Part shown: positions 1 through 10,060 of the stretch, piece after piece | Layout: the number at the start of each line of letters is the position of its first letter | Numbering within the stretch: position 1 is the first letter of the stretch | From: Candidatus Krumholzibacteriota bacterium | Lineage (GTDB): Bacteria; Krumholzibacteriota; Krumholzibacteriia; JAJRXK01 | Direction of reading: 5' to 3' | DNA: 64,000 bases | Assembly: GCA_963806035.1 (NCBI GenBank) | Contig: CAWDWO010000007.1 | Span: forward strand, 36,973-100,972 | Translations under genes and position numbers: made by a program | The notes under the pieces: model-generated | Databases searched by the model: none | Told to the model about the DNA's origin: nothing | The model's input: the letters and a program-made list of their open reading frames with translations, nothing else

Positions 1-393
1 CCCGGAAGCCCCTCGAAGGCGCCGAGGCTCAGCTCGACCTCCGCGACGAAATTGCCGCCGCTGGTGGTGGAGTGAACGGCACTGAGACGGATCCGTGGCT
101 CAGAGCGCTCCGGAGTCCGGCTCACGGTCGATTGGTTTGAGGGAAGGGGGGAAGCGTGAGGGGAATTGAGCTGAACCACGCCGATCTTGCGATGATCGAC
201 CTGAATACCGTGGCGACGGAGCACCGCTTCGACATCGCGCACGATGGGACGAGGAGGGCGCTGGGTATCGCTCAGCACGTCGATCTGTTCGATCTCGCCC
301 TGAGCGTCGAGAATCAGCGACGCATAGCTCACGTTGCGAATCCTGGAGAGCTCGCGCTCCACCTCCATCACTTTCTTCGAATCGAGTCTCATG
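1..393 (-). CDS. Partial hypothetical protein (N-terminal ~131 aa; gene continues beyond window start)
   Basis: I translated the reverse strand myself: MRLDSKKVMEVERELSRIRNVSYASLILDAQGEIEQIDVLSDTQRPPRPIVRDVEAVL... runs with no stop from the ATG at ~393-391 to position 1. The track omits it because it has no stop inside the window. No family assignment. Confidence 0.35.
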
Positions 394-524
394 GAGCCAC
401 CTGAGTTCTTCCTGCCCGTGCCACTGCCCTGCGAGATTCGTCGTGCTACGACTCTAGCACACGAGCCGAGCCGTCACCAAGTAGGAAACATACTAAGCCA
501 TGAATTGACAAAAGATTGAAGGGT

Positions 525-1436
525 TTACTTCGGCCAGGCTACGAGCTGGCGCAGCTGCGCGCGTCTCTGCTGCACGGCGGCCGGGCTGAGATCCTTCAGG
601 CCGCGGACACTGAAGTCCTCCGCCGCGAAGCTCGCGAGTACCGTACCCTCGATCATGGCCTCCCGCAGGAGATCGTGATCCAGCTTCTCACGACCGGCCA
701 GATGCCCCAGGAAGCCCCCGGCGAAGGTGTCACCGGCGCCGGTCGGATCCTTGACCCGGTCCAGGATCACCGCCGGCAAGGCGAAGCGCTGCGCCCCGTC
801 GAAGAGCAGAGCACCGTGTTCGCCCTTCTTGACGACCACGCGCTCGGGCCCCATCCCCTGGATCACCTGCACCGACTCGACCAGGGAGTGCTTCCCGCTC
901 AGCAGGCGCACCTCCTCGTCGTTGAGAAAGACGAGATCACAGCGCTGCAGCACCTTGACCAACTCGGCGCGCGAGGATTCGATCCACAAGTTCATGGTGT
1001 CCACCGCCACCAGGCGCGGATCCTTGACCTGCTCGAGAACTTCCAACTGCAGAGAGGGATGGATGTTGGCGAGAAAGAGAAGCTCCGGGTCCTGAAAACT
1101 CTGCGGGAGAACCGGATGAAAGTGCTCGAAGACGTTCAAGTGAGTGAACAGGGTGTCGCGCCGATTCATGTTCTCGTGATAGCGACCACCCCAGCGGAAG
1201 CACTCCCCTTTCTCCACCTGGAGTCCGCTGGTGTCGATCCCCTTGCTCGAGAGCAGTTCCCGCGCACTCTGGGGAAGATCTTCTCCCACCACGGCCACCA
1301 GCCCCACCTGCGCATCGCGTGCAGCAGCGAGCGAGAAGAAAGTGGCGCTCCCTCCCAGCGCGTTTTCGGCCTTTCCCCAGCAAGTCTCCACCGAATCCAG
1401 AGCCACCGAACCTACTACCACGATCTGCATGAACAT
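525..1436 (-). CDS. PfkB-family carbohydrate kinase (ribokinase/sugar kinase-like)
   Basis: 303 aa ORF with an N-terminal GS..LD..E...G G.A.N motif and a C-terminal GAGDTFAGGFL anion-hole motif typical of PfkB kinases. Confidence 0.8.
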   Translation of the reverse strand: MFMQIVVVGSVALDSVETCWGKAENALGGSATFFSLAAARDAQVGLVAVVGEDLPQSARELLSSKGIDTSGLQVEKGECFRWGGRYHENMNRRDTLFTHLNVFEHFHPVLPQSFQDPELLFLANIHPSLQLEVLEQVKDPRLVAVDTMNLWIESSRAELVKVLQRCDLVFLNDEEVRLLSGKHSLVESVQVIQGMGPERVVVKKGEHGALLFDGAQRFALPAVILDRVKDPTGAGDTFAGGFLGHLAGREKLDHDLLREAMIEGTVLASFAAEDFSVRGLKDLSPAAVQQRRAQLRQLVAWPK

Positions 1437-1458
1437 TCCCCCATCGAAATTCTTGCGT

Positions 1459-3189
1459 TCACATTTGCTCGGGGGTGTCCATCCCCAGCAGAGTCAGAGT
1501 ATTGGCCAAGACGACGCGAGTCGCCGAACTCAGAGCCAGTCGGGCGCGTGAGAGATTGGTGTCGTCCGTGAGGATCCTACAGTGTTGGTAGAAGTGGTGG
1601 AAAGCCGAGGCCAGATCGACCGCGTATCTCGTCAAGCGCGAAACGTCGCGGGTCTCGGCACTTCGCGCGATGATGTGCGGTAGATCGGGTAGAAGGCGGC
1701 AGAGCGCGAGTTCCGCGTCTTCGGAAAGAAGCCGCAGTTCCTTCTCCGTGGCCGGGTGTTTGTCCGCTCCCTGCGCCTGCGCATTGCGTAACACGCTGCA
1801 GATCCGCGCGTGTGCGTACTTCACATACCAGCCGGGATTGTCGTTGCTCTGTTTGCGCGCCAGGTCCAGATCGAAGTCCAGGTGCGACGAGTTCTTCCGC
1901 GACAGGAAAAAGAAGCGCGCCACGTCAGCGCCCACCTCGTCGATCAGTTGATCCATCGTGACCAGTCGTCCCGCGCGTTTGGACATCTCCAGGGGACGAC
2001 CGTCCTGAATGAGGTTCACCTGCTGCAGAAGAATGATCTCGAGCCAATCGTGGGGAAAACCCAAACACTCGCTGGCTGCGGCCATGCGGGCGATGTAGCC
2101 GTGATGGTCGGGTCCCAAAAGATCGATGGCAACCTCCGCCCCACGCTCCTTCTTGCTCAGGTGGTAAGCGATGTCAGGTAGAAAGTAGGTGGGCACGCCG
2201 TCGCTCTTCACCAGCACCCTGTCCTTCTCGTCCTCGAACTCGCTCGTGGCCAGCCAGGTTGCTCCGTCCTTCTCGAAGACGTGTCCGGCTTCTTTCAAAA
2301 CCTCCAGGGTCTTCTCCAGCTTTCCGCTGCGGTGGAGTTCGGTCTCGAGATACCAGGAGTCGAAGCGAACCCCATAGCGGCGGCAAGTTGCTCTTTGGGA
2401 GAGGAGCATGGCGGCGATCCCGAAGGATCCGAAGGCCTGCGCCGAACTCTCGTCGCTTTGAAGTTCGAGCCAGTCCTTGGGCTCGCCCTTGGGCAGTGAG
2501 AGATCGCCGATGATGCGACCCGCCTCTTCGTCACTTTCCTGAGTGAGAAGAGAGGTGCCACGTTCCAGCAGATCGCGCGCGAGTTCTTGCAGGTACTCTC
2601 CCTGGTATCCCTCCTCGGGAAGCTCGGCGGCCTCTCCCCTCGCCTGGAGGTATCGTGCCCGGAGACTGCGTCCGAAGAGCAGGACCTGGCGGCCGGCATT
2701 GTTTACGTAAAACTCGCTGCTGGGCCGATAGCCCGCGCGGTCCATGACGCGATGCAGGGTCGATCCGACAGCGGCGGCGCGCGCACTCACGATGTTCAGA
2801 GGCCCCGTGGGATTCGCGCTGATGTACTCCAGGCTGATGCGCTGTCCCTCCCCGGCCTGGCTGCGTCCGTATTCCTCCGCCTCATCCAGGATGCGCAAAA
2901 TCGGCTCGGTAAGCGCTTCTTGCGAGTAACGGAAATTGATGAATCCCGGGCCCGCGATCTCCAGCGATTCCACCTGGGATTTGTCCAGCTCCAGGCTGGC
3001 TGCGATCTCTCCCGCGAGCTCCCGAGGTTTTCGCTCCAGTCGCTTCGCCAGAAGGAGAGCGACGTTGGAGCTGAGATCGCCGTGACTGGGATCCTTGGGC
3101 TGCTCCAGTTCCAGACGCACGTCTTCCTCGAAGACTCCGTAACCCTCCAGGGCTTTCATGAGAGCGTCGCGAATGAGCTTCTCGATCAT
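1459..3189 (-). CDS. argS: Arginine--tRNA ligase
   Basis: 576 aa. Has the N-terminal Arg-tRNA-synthetase add-1 region, a class I HIGH-like element (PNPTGPLNIVSAR/HHGY) and a DALR anticodon-binding-like C-terminus. Length and order match ArgS. Confidence 0.9.
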   Translation of the reverse strand: MIEKLIRDALMKALEGYGVFEEDVRLELEQPKDPSHGDLSSNVALLLAKRLERKPRELAGEIAASLELDKSQVESLEIAGPGFINFRYSQEALTEPILRILDEAEEYGRSQAGEGQRISLEYISANPTGPLNIVSARAAAVGSTLHRVMDRAGYRPSSEFYVNNAGRQVLLFGRSLRARYLQARGEAAELPEEGYQGEYLQELARDLLERGTSLLTQESDEEAGRIIGDLSLPKGEPKDWLELQSDESSAQAFGSFGIAAMLLSQRATCRRYGVRFDSWYLETELHRSGKLEKTLEVLKEAGHVFEKDGATWLATSEFEDEKDRVLVKSDGVPTYFLPDIAYHLSKKERGAEVAIDLLGPDHHGYIARMAAASECLGFPHDWLEIILLQQVNLIQDGRPLEMSKRAGRLVTMDQLIDEVGADVARFFFLSRKNSSHLDFDLDLARKQSNDNPGWYVKYAHARICSVLRNAQAQGADKHPATEKELRLLSEDAELALCRLLPDLPHIIARSAETRDVSRLTRYAVDLASAFHHFYQHCRILTDDTNLSRARLALSSATRVVLANTLTLLGMDTPEQM

Positions 3190-3578
3190 TGGGAAGCTCC
3201 ACTTTCGTCGAAGCGCGTGAGGGGTGCATCACCCCAGAGCCTCTCCAGAGCGTAGTAGCTGCGGGCCCGGGGCTGCATCACGTGCGCAACCACGTCGAAG
3301 AAATCGATGAGTACCCAGCTTCCCACGTCTTTCCCTTCCACGTGGAGAGGTTTCTCGCCGCGAGTCTGCGCTCCGTCCAGGATCGCGTTGGCGATCGTCT
3401 GTACCTGGAGTTGGCTACCGCCGCTGAGAAGCACGAAATAATCGGTGACGTCGCTCAGCTCGCTGACGTCGAGGAGAACCACGTCCTCCGCCTTCTTCGA
3501 AAGACCCCACTCCACGATGGCGCGAGCCAGCTCATGGCTTTGCTCTTTGCTCATAGTCTCGTCCGCAAAAGATTCCAA
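3186..3578 (-). CDS. rsfS: Ribosome silencing factor RsfS (iojap-like)
   Basis: 130 aa. The motif KAEDVVLLDV...DYFVLLSG.S..Q.QTIAN is typical of RsfS. It overlaps the argS start by 4 nt. Confidence 0.85.
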   Translation of the reverse strand: MESFADETMSKEQSHELARAIVEWGLSKKAEDVVLLDVSELSDVTDYFVLLSGGSQLQVQTIANAILDGAQTRGEKPLHVEGKDVGSWVLIDFFDVVAHVMQPRARSYYALERLWGDAPLTRFDESGASQ

Positions 3579-3590
3579 GGAAAATGACGC

Positions 3591-4589
3591 TCAGTTGAGG
3601 CGGCGAAGCACATAGTCCACCGCGTCGTTGAGGATCGCGGTCTGGGGATGTGGGCCGAGCGCATGGAGGCTCTCCTTCGCGCGTTCTCCGTAGTGTGCAG
3701 CCATCTTGGAGGCATATTCCAATCCGCCATTCTGATGCACCATCTCACGGACCTCGGCCCACAGACGAGGCTCGTCCGGACCGGCCACCATCGCCTTGCG
3801 CAACCGCGCTTTCAGTGGTGCTGACGCATTGCGCCAGGCCGCGATGAACGGAAGTGTGATGCGTCCCTCGCGCCAATCCCCGCCTACCGGTTTCCCGAGC
3901 CGCTTGGGGTCGCCGCGATAGTCAAAAATGTCATCGGTGATCTGAAAGGCCATTCCCAGGTTTTGCCCGAATGCAGAAAGGGCGGGCCGATGGTGTTGCA
4001 ACCCGGGATGGAACAACGAGCCGATTTCGCAGGAGGCCGCGATCAAACAGGCGGTCTTCTCGGAAATGATGGTGAAGTAGTCCTCTTCCGGCAGGTCGAG
4101 GCAGCTGCGGCTCTCCAGCTGCATCATCTCTGCCACGCTCATGCGATGCGTGGTGGCCGCGATGATGCGCATCGCGTCCTCCATGCCGCGCGCAGTGAGC
4201 AGGGAGAAGACCTTGGTATAGAGGAAGTCTCCCATGATGAGCGCGGCCGCGGGACCCCATTTCACGTTGACGGTGGGAAGTCGGCGCCGCGTGGCCGCGT
4301 CGTCGATGAAATCGTCGTGAACCAGGGTAGCGGTGTGAACCAACTCGACGCAGGCCGCCGCGAATGCGGCGTCCGGATGCATTTCGCTGCCGTTCTTGGA
4401 GGCAATGAGCACCAGCGTCGGGCGAAAGCGCTTGGACTTTCCCTGCTTCAGGTGCTCGCAGATCTGCCCCAAAAGCTCCAGTTCGCCGTTGAGCAGGGTC
4501 TCATACTCGTGCTCGAAGGAAATCAACTCCTCGGCCACAAAGGACTGAAGCGACTGGAGTTTGACGCGGTCCTCGCCGGCCAGAGGCAC
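3591..4589 (-). CDS. Polyprenyl diphosphate synthase (IspB/GGPPS-like trans-isoprenyl diphosphate synthase)
   Basis: 332 aa with two aspartate-rich motifs (LVHDDFIDDA and FQITDDIFDY). Confidence 0.85.
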   Translation of the reverse strand: MPLAGEDRVKLQSLQSFVAEELISFEHEYETLLNGELELLGQICEHLKQGKSKRFRPTLVLIASKNGSEMHPDAAFAAACVELVHTATLVHDDFIDDAATRRRLPTVNVKWGPAAALIMGDFLYTKVFSLLTARGMEDAMRIIAATTHRMSVAEMMQLESRSCLDLPEEDYFTIISEKTACLIAASCEIGSLFHPGLQHHRPALSAFGQNLGMAFQITDDIFDYRGDPKRLGKPVGGDWREGRITLPFIAAWRNASAPLKARLRKAMVAGPDEPRLWAEVREMVHQNGGLEYASKMAAHYGERAKESLHALGPHPQTAILNDAVDYVLRRLN

Positions 4590-4676
4590 TGTGATCCTGC
4601 CTTCAATGGAGATGCGACCTTCGAGCGAGCCCCGAAGGGATCACGCAAGAGCCTTACAGGTATACAATTGTCGCTG

Positions 4677-5402
4677 CTAGCTGTCAATGTCGTCCGGTTT
4701 GCGGTCTTTTCGCCTCCGCATGATCAGGGCGATGACGACACTGGTCATGTACAGCACCATGACCGGTCCAGCCAGCATGATCTGACTGATGATGTCCGGC
4801 GGGGTCAAAATGGCTGAAACGGTCAGAATGGCGATGAGGGCGTAGCGCCAGCCCCTGAGCAGCATCTGGGGGTGCACCACTCCGGCCCAGGAGAGAGCCA
4901 GAACCACCATGGGCAGCTCGAAGAGCAGGCCGAAGGCCAGACAGAGCCTCACCGCCAGCTCGAAGTATTCCCGCGCGGTGAGGAGAGGTCGGAGCTGTTC
5001 GGTTGCGAATCCGATCGCGAAACGGATCACCAGGGGCAAGAGAATGAAAAAGCAAAAGGCGACCCCCACGTAGAATAATCCGGTGGCCGCCACCAGCAGT
5101 GGCGTCACCACTCTCTTCTCGCGGGGACGCAGGCCTGGCGTGACGAAGCTGTAGAGCTTGAGGAGGATCAGGGGCAGCACCAAGAAGAGACCAACCGCGG
5201 TCGAGGCCTTCAACTTGAGCAGGAAAGCCTCCATCGGTGCGGTGAAGTAGAGACTCTCCTGCCCCGCCTTGCGAGCCGGACCAAGCAATCCGTCGACGAT
5301 CTGATCGCTGAAGAACCAGGCCACCACCGTGGCAAGTACCGCGAGCGCCAACGCCCAGAGGATGGTTTTCCTCAGTTCCGCGATATGCTCGATCATCGTC
5401 AT
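4677..5402 (-). CDS. tatC: Twin-arginine translocase subunit TatC
   Basis: A multi-pass membrane protein. Its start MIEHIAELRKTILW matches the TatC N-terminus and it has 6 predicted TM helices. I chose the internal Met (MTMIEH) as start rather than the ORF-track start at 5468. Confidence 0.85.
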   Translation of the reverse strand: MTMIEHIAELRKTILWALALAVLATVVAWFFSDQIVDGLLGPARKAGQESLYFTAPMEAFLLKLKASTAVGLFLVLPLILLKLYSFVTPGLRPREKRVVTPLLVAATGLFYVGVAFCFFILLPLVIRFAIGFATEQLRPLLTAREYFELAVRLCLAFGLLFELPMVVLALSWAGVVHPQMLLRGWRYALIAILTVSAILTPPDIISQIMLAGPVMVLYMTSVVIALIMRRRKDRKPDDIDS

Positions 5403-5439
5403 TTCGCCGCGTGACTTGCCGGCTCCATGACTCATGGCA

Positions 5440-5919
5440 TCACGTACCTTTCGCGGTGCGTCCCGCATCGCGTTTCAGGAGGGATCGAAGCTCGTCCATG
5501 AATTGGCTGGCGTTCTGAAAACTGCGATACACCGATGCGAAGCGCAGATAGGCCACCTCGTCGAGCTGCTCGAGCTCCTCCATCACCGCCCTTCCAATCT
5601 CTTCGCTGGGAATTTCCTCGCGCGCGGGAGCAAAAACGGTGGCTTCGACCCGATCGGCCAGGGCATCCATCTCTTCGCGCGTGACCGGTCGCTTGTGACA
5701 GGCCTGGATGACGCCCGCCAGCAAGCGGTCGCGATCATAGTTCTGGTGCCGGCCGTCTTTCTTCACGACCAGTGCCGAGGTGCGTTCCACGTATTCATAG
5801 GTGGTATAGCGATGCGAACAACTCACGCATTCGCGGCGCCGGCGGATCGCCGCGCCTTCTTTCGTGGAACGTGAGTCGACAACCCGATCTTCGAGATTAC
5901 CGCAGTTGGGGCAACGCAT
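5440..5919 (-). CDS. nrdR: Transcriptional repressor NrdR
   Basis: MRCPNCG...CSHRYTTYE gives a zinc ribbon followed by an ATP-cone. 159 aa. Confidence 0.9.
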   Translation of the reverse strand: MRCPNCGNLEDRVVDSRSTKEGAAIRRRRECVSCSHRYTTYEYVERTSALVVKKDGRHQNYDRDRLLAGVIQACHKRPVTREEMDALADRVEATVFAPAREEIPSEEIGRAVMEELEQLDEVAYLRFASVYRSFQNASQFMDELRSLLKRDAGRTAKGT

Positions 5920-5936
5920 GCGGCGGAACCTCCCTC

Positions 5937-7184
5937 TCAGGCCAATTCCGGATACAGGGGATGCGCGTCAGCGAGACTTCGGCTGCGCTGGCGAAGCTCG
6001 GGTAGCTCTGGACTCTCGAGCCCAACGCTCAGCGCGCGGCCGATGATCTGCGCGATTTCATCCATTTCGGCTTCCTTCATTCCACGCGTCGTCAGAGCGG
6101 GAGTCCCGATGCGGATCCCACTCGTGACGAATGGAGATTCAGGATCGAAGGGAATCGTGTTCTTGTTCACCGTGATGCCGACCTTCTCGAGTATTTCCTC
6201 GGCCGCCTTGCCGGTGAGCTTCTTCCCCCTTACGTCCACCAGCAGCAGATGCGTATCCGTTCCACCGCTCACCAAGCGCAAACCGTGCTCGGTGAGGCGC
6301 TCTCCCAGCCGCTTGGCGTTGGCGAGGGTCTGCTTCTGATCGACGTGGAATGGCTCCCGCATCGCCTCCAGGAAGCAGACCGCCTTGGCCGCGATGATGT
6401 GCATGAAGGGCCCGCCCTGGGTCCCGGGGAAGTTGATCTTGTTCACCGCTTTGGAACTCTCGGGATCCATGGTGAGAATCAAGCCTCCACGAGGACCGCG
6501 CAGAGTCTTGTGCGTGGTGGAAGTCACCACGGTCGCATGCGGCATGGGATCGGGATGCAGCTTTGCCGCGACCAGACCGGCGAAGTGCGCCATGTCCACC
6601 AGGAGCGGAATCTCGAGCTCGCGCGAAATCTGGCCCAACTTCTTGAAATCCCATGCGCGCGGATAAGCGCTGCTGCCGGTAACCAGCAGGGCGGGGCGCA
6701 GTTCCTTGCACTGCTTCTTCAGAGCATCGTAGTCGATCCTCTCGCTCTCGCGATCCACCTCGTAGTGGTGAGCCTCGAAGAGCATGCCGCTGAAGTTGAC
6801 GTTGTGGCCGTGGGTGAGGTGACCCCCGTGGCTCAAACTGAGTCCCAACACTCTCGAGCCTGGCTTCACGAAGGCGAGATACGCCGTGAGATTCGCGGAG
6901 GAACCGGAGTGGGGTTGCACGTTGGCGTAGGCCGCTCCGAAGAGTTCTTTCGCCCGATCGCGCGCGAGCCGCTCGGCCTCGTCGACGAATTCGCAGCCTC
7001 CGTAGTAACGGCGCCCGGGATAACCCTCCGCGTACTTGTTCGTGAGGACACTGCCCATTGCCTCCATCACCGCCAAACTGGTGAAGTTCTCGCTCGCGAT
7101 CATCTCCAACTGCCCGCGTTGGCGGTTCAGTTCGTTGGTCACTACCTCGGCAATGGCGGGATCAACCGACTTCAGGATGTTCAT
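5937..7184 (-). CDS. glyA: Serine hydroxymethyltransferase
   Basis: 415 aa. Has the canonical N-terminal block ...[39 protein letters not shown] and the PLP Lys region [12 protein letters not shown]. Confidence 0.95.
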   Translation of the reverse strand: MNILKSVDPAIAEVVTNELNRQRGQLEMIASENFTSLAVMEAMGSVLTNKYAEGYPGRRYYGGCEFVDEAERLARDRAKELFGAAYANVQPHSGSSANLTAYLAFVKPGSRVLGLSLSHGGHLTHGHNVNFSGMLFEAHHYEVDRESERIDYDALKKQCKELRPALLVTGSSAYPRAWDFKKLGQISRELEIPLLVDMAHFAGLVAAKLHPDPMPHATVVTSTTHKTLRGPRGGLILTMDPESSKAVNKINFPGTQGGPFMHIIAAKAVCFLEAMREPFHVDQKQTLANAKRLGERLTEHGLRLVSGGTDTHLLLVDVRGKKLTGKAAEEILEKVGITVNKNTIPFDPESPFVTSGIRIGTPALTTRGMKEAEMDEIAQIIGRALSVGLESPELPELRQRSRSLADAHPLYPELA

Positions 7185-7656
7185 GATCTTCCCTCTCGCT
7201 CAAGTCGTCCAAGAGTCGCGGAAGCGCGGCTTGCAAATGCTCCTCGATGGCAGCCCAGGTCTCGCGGTAGCGCGCCGGATCACCACCGTAGGGATCGATG
7301 AGATCCCCTCTCTCCGTGAGACCGGAAAATTCGGAGAGAGAGTATACCTTTCCTCGGGCCGAAGGATAGGCACGGAGGATGGCGTCCCGGTGGCTTTTGG
7401 TCATGGTCAAAATCAGATCGCTTTGCCCTACGAGTTCGAGATTCAAGGGACGCGTGCGGTGGCCGCTCAGGTCCGCCCCATGCTCGCGCGCCACCAGCAC
7501 CGCATTGGCCGATGCGGGCTGGCCCGGCGGGGCCTGCAGACCGGCAGAGGAAACCGTGGGTGGGTTTTGGACCTGGGCAAAGAGACTTCGCGCCAGGGCT
7601 GCGGCCATGGGGCTGCGGCAGCTATTGCCGGTACACACGAAGAGAATAGAACTCAT
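7162..7656 (-). CDS. Low-molecular-weight protein tyrosine phosphatase (LMW-PTP/ArsC-like fold)
   Basis: The start [17 protein letters not shown] contains the CX5R P-loop at the N-terminus. 164 aa. Confidence 0.8.
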   Translation of the reverse strand: MSSILFVCTGNSCRSPMAAALARSLFAQVQNPPTVSSAGLQAPPGQPASANAVLVAREHGADLSGHRTRPLNLELVGQSDLILTMTKSHRDAILRAYPSARGKVYSLSEFSGLTERGDLIDPYGGDPARYRETWAAIEEHLQAALPRLLDDLSEREDHEHPEVG

Positions 7657-7714
7657 AGTAAAATCGTAAGTTGTGAGAATTTCCGCTGAAGGCTATTCGT
7701 CCCCTGTGGCAAAG

Positions 7715-8280
7715 TCAAGCCGGTGGAGGCCAGGCCAGGTAACCGCTTCTGAGGAGCTCGGGGTGCTCCCCGCGCAAGTCCACCAGGGTCGAAGCCACGC
7801 CGGGGGAGACCTCCCCCAAGGCGAAAGAGGCGAGCTGCGGGAAGCGCCTCTGAGCCTCCTCGAGGCTCTCGGCGGGGGCTTCTCCCGCCCGATTGGCGCT
7901 GGTGGAGAAGAGCGGCGCATCGAGCTCTTCCAAGAGAGCGCGCAGGGGGGCGCAGGCGGGAACCCGCGCCGCGATGCTCCCCCCCTCGGCGATCCACTGC
8001 GGCGGAGCGCTTTCCTTCGGTGAGAGCAGCACGGTCAGAGCTCCGGGCCAGGTGCGGCGGAGCAGATCGAGGAATTCTTCCTTCGGCCGCGCCGCATGAC
8101 GAAGCACCGCTTCGAGCGAGGGAAAGAGCAGCAGGAAGGGCCGGCGGTCCACCGAGCCCTTCAGCTCGCGGAGCGACTGCGCCGCGCCGGGCAGAGTGGC
8201 CAGGGCGTGCAGACCAGGGAGAGTGTCGGTGTCCAGAAGAACGACCTTGCCCGCGCGGAGTGTCTCCGCCGCGTTCAACG
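7715..8280 (-). CDS. tsaC: L-threonylcarbamoyladenylate synthase TsaC/YrdC/Sua5 family
   Basis: The YrdC domain motifs are KVVLLDTDTLPGLHA, the WPGALT-like element and FSTSANRAGE. The N-terminal ~100 codons of the 294-aa ORF look like out-of-frame read-through, so the start is probably an alternative initiator near 8280 abutting purE. Confidence 0.7.
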
Positions 8281-8754
8281 TTTGCCCTCGGCCATTTCTC
8301 GGCGCAGTTCTTCGACCTTGCCCGAAATCTCGGGGCTGGACATGGCCAGAATCCGCGCGGCGAGATGGGCGGCGTTCTTGGCGCCGGCCTTCCCCACCGC
8401 CAGACTCGCCACGGGCACTCCGGCCGGCATCTGCGCGATCGAGAGCAGCGCATCCACTCCGTCCAACACTCCACCGGGCAAAGGAACGCCGAGCACCGGC
8501 TTCGCGCTGAGCGATGCGACCACGCCGGGCAGATGAGCCGCCATGCCTGCCATCGCGATGAAGAGAGCGCATCCCTTGCCCTCCATCTCGTTCACCCACA
8601 CGCGCAAGCTCTCGGCTTGCCGGTGGGCGCTGATGACGCGGTCTTCGTAGCGAATTTGGTAGCGGTCGAGGACGGCGATACAGGCCTTCACCATCTCGGC
8701 GTCACTGGGACTCCCCGAGACGATCCCGACCAGCGGTGGCGTATTGGAAGTCAT
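8275..8754 (-). CDS. purE: N5-carboxyaminoimidazole ribonucleotide mutase
   Basis: 159 aa. VGIVSGSPSD...P.GVPVA motifs of PurE. Overlaps purD by 4 nt. Confidence 0.9.
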   Translation of the reverse strand: MTSNTPPLVGIVSGSPSDAEMVKACIAVLDRYQIRYEDRVISAHRQAESLRVWVNEMEGKGCALFIAMAGMAAHLPGVVASLSAKPVLGVPLPGGVLDGVDALLSIAQMPAGVPVASLAVGKAGAKNAAHLAARILAMSSPEISGKVEELRREMAEGKR

Positions 8755-10016
8755 TCTGCTGCCTCCCCGGCTGCGATATCCGTGCGCATTTGAACTCCTT
8801 CGAACTGAAGACTCTCAGCCAGCTTCAATGCCCTCGTCTTGGCGGCCGGCACGCTTTGGGAGCGAGCCACCGCACAGAGCACGCGCCCTCCCTTGGTCAG
8901 CCAACGGCCCTCATCGCGCCGGGTTCCGGCGTGGAAGACCAGCGAATCGTCCGCCAGAGTGTCCAGGCCCGGAATGACTCGCCCGAGGCGCGGCTTTTCA
9001 GGGTAGCCCTCCGAGGCCAGGACCACACCCACCGCTGCTCCCTGCAGCGGCAGAGGGCCCTCCGCCGGGAGTTTTCCCACGGCGGCGCCATGCAGGAGGG
9101 GATAGAGATCCCCCGGGAACGCGGGGAGCACGACCTGGGTTTCCGGATCTCCAAAGCGGCAATTGTACTCGAGTAACTTCGGTCCGTCTCGGGTGAGAAT
9201 CAGTCCCAAGTAGAGCAGGCCGCGGTAGTCGAGTTCCCGGCGCCGCAATTCTCGCAGAGTGGGTGTCAAAATCTCGTCGACGACGCGCCGCATCAGCCCC
9301 TCGTCGGCATCCGCCACCGGGGTGTAAGCCCCCATGCCGCCGGTGTTGGGGCCCCGGTCGCCTTCACGCAGGCGCTTGTGGTCGCGACTGGGAGCGAACC
9401 ACGCCGCGCGTGTCCCGTCCAAGAGCGCGAAGACGGAGAGTTCGGGCCCGAAGAGTCTCTCCTCGAGCAGCACGACCTGCCCCGCTGCACCGAACGCGCC
9501 CTCGAGGAGGATGGCGCGCAGGGCCGCTTCGGCCTGAGTGGCATCGTCGCAGACGATGACCCCCTTGCCCGCGGCGAGGCCGCTCGCTTTCACCACGCAG
9601 GGCCCTGGATTGCGCCGAAGCCATTGAAGAGCGGAGGGCAGTTCCGTGAAGCTCGTCGAATTTGCGCAGGGAATTCCCGCCGCGCGCATGAATTCCTTGG
9701 CGTAGGACTTGTCGCCTTCCAGACGGGCGGCTCGAGCCGAGGGACCGAAGACCGCCACTCCGCTCTCTCGTAGACGATCCGCGAGGCCATCGACCAGAGG
9801 TTGCTCCGGCCCGATGACCACCAGATCGACCTCATGCCGCAGCGCGGCGCGCAGCCAGCCTTCCGTCTCGCTGCCTTCCACCAAACGCGCGCAGGCGCCC
9901 ATGGCATCGCTGCCGGGCGCCGCGAGGATCTCCTGGACTTTCTCCGATTGTGCCAGCTTCCACGCGAGCGCATGCTCGCGCCCACCGCTGCCGATGATCA
10001 GGACCCTGCCCGCCAT
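8751..10016 (-). CDS. purD: Phosphoribosylamine--glycine ligase
   Basis: 421 aa. MAGRVLIIGSGGREHALAWKL N-terminus and ATP-grasp fold. Confidence 0.9.
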   Translation of the reverse strand: MAGRVLIIGSGGREHALAWKLAQSEKVQEILAAPGSDAMGACARLVEGSETEGWLRAALRHEVDLVVIGPEQPLVDGLADRLRESGVAVFGPSARAARLEGDKSYAKEFMRAAGIPCANSTSFTELPSALQWLRRNPGPCVVKASGLAAGKGVIVCDDATQAEAALRAILLEGAFGAAGQVVLLEERLFGPELSVFALLDGTRAAWFAPSRDHKRLREGDRGPNTGGMGAYTPVADADEGLMRRVVDEILTPTLRELRRRELDYRGLLYLGLILTRDGPKLLEYNCRFGDPETQVVLPAFPGDLYPLLHGAAVGKLPAEGPLPLQGAAVGVVLASEGYPEKPRLGRVIPGLDTLADDSLVFHAGTRRDEGRWLTKGGRVLCAVARSQSVPAAKTRALKLAESLQFEGVQMRTDIAAGEAAE

Positions 10017-10060
10017 GGTTCCTTTCGCCCCGAAAGAATCCAGCTCTGCCTCGCGAACCC

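Noticed and set aside
404-524. Hairpin GTGCTA-N6-TAGCAC in the gap after the PfkB gene
   Set aside because: It is only a 6-bp stem with no U-tract, so it is not convincing as a terminator.
516-1571. 351-aa plus-strand ORF overlapping the PfkB kinase gene
   Set aside because: It is antisense to a well-supported minus-strand gene and its composition is Arg/Gly/Pro-rich, typical of a GC-rich wrong frame.
7653-8474. 273-aa alternate-frame minus ORF over the tsaC region
   Set aside because: The frame giving YrdC/TsaC motifs (7715..) is supported. This frame is Arg/Pro-rich nonsense.
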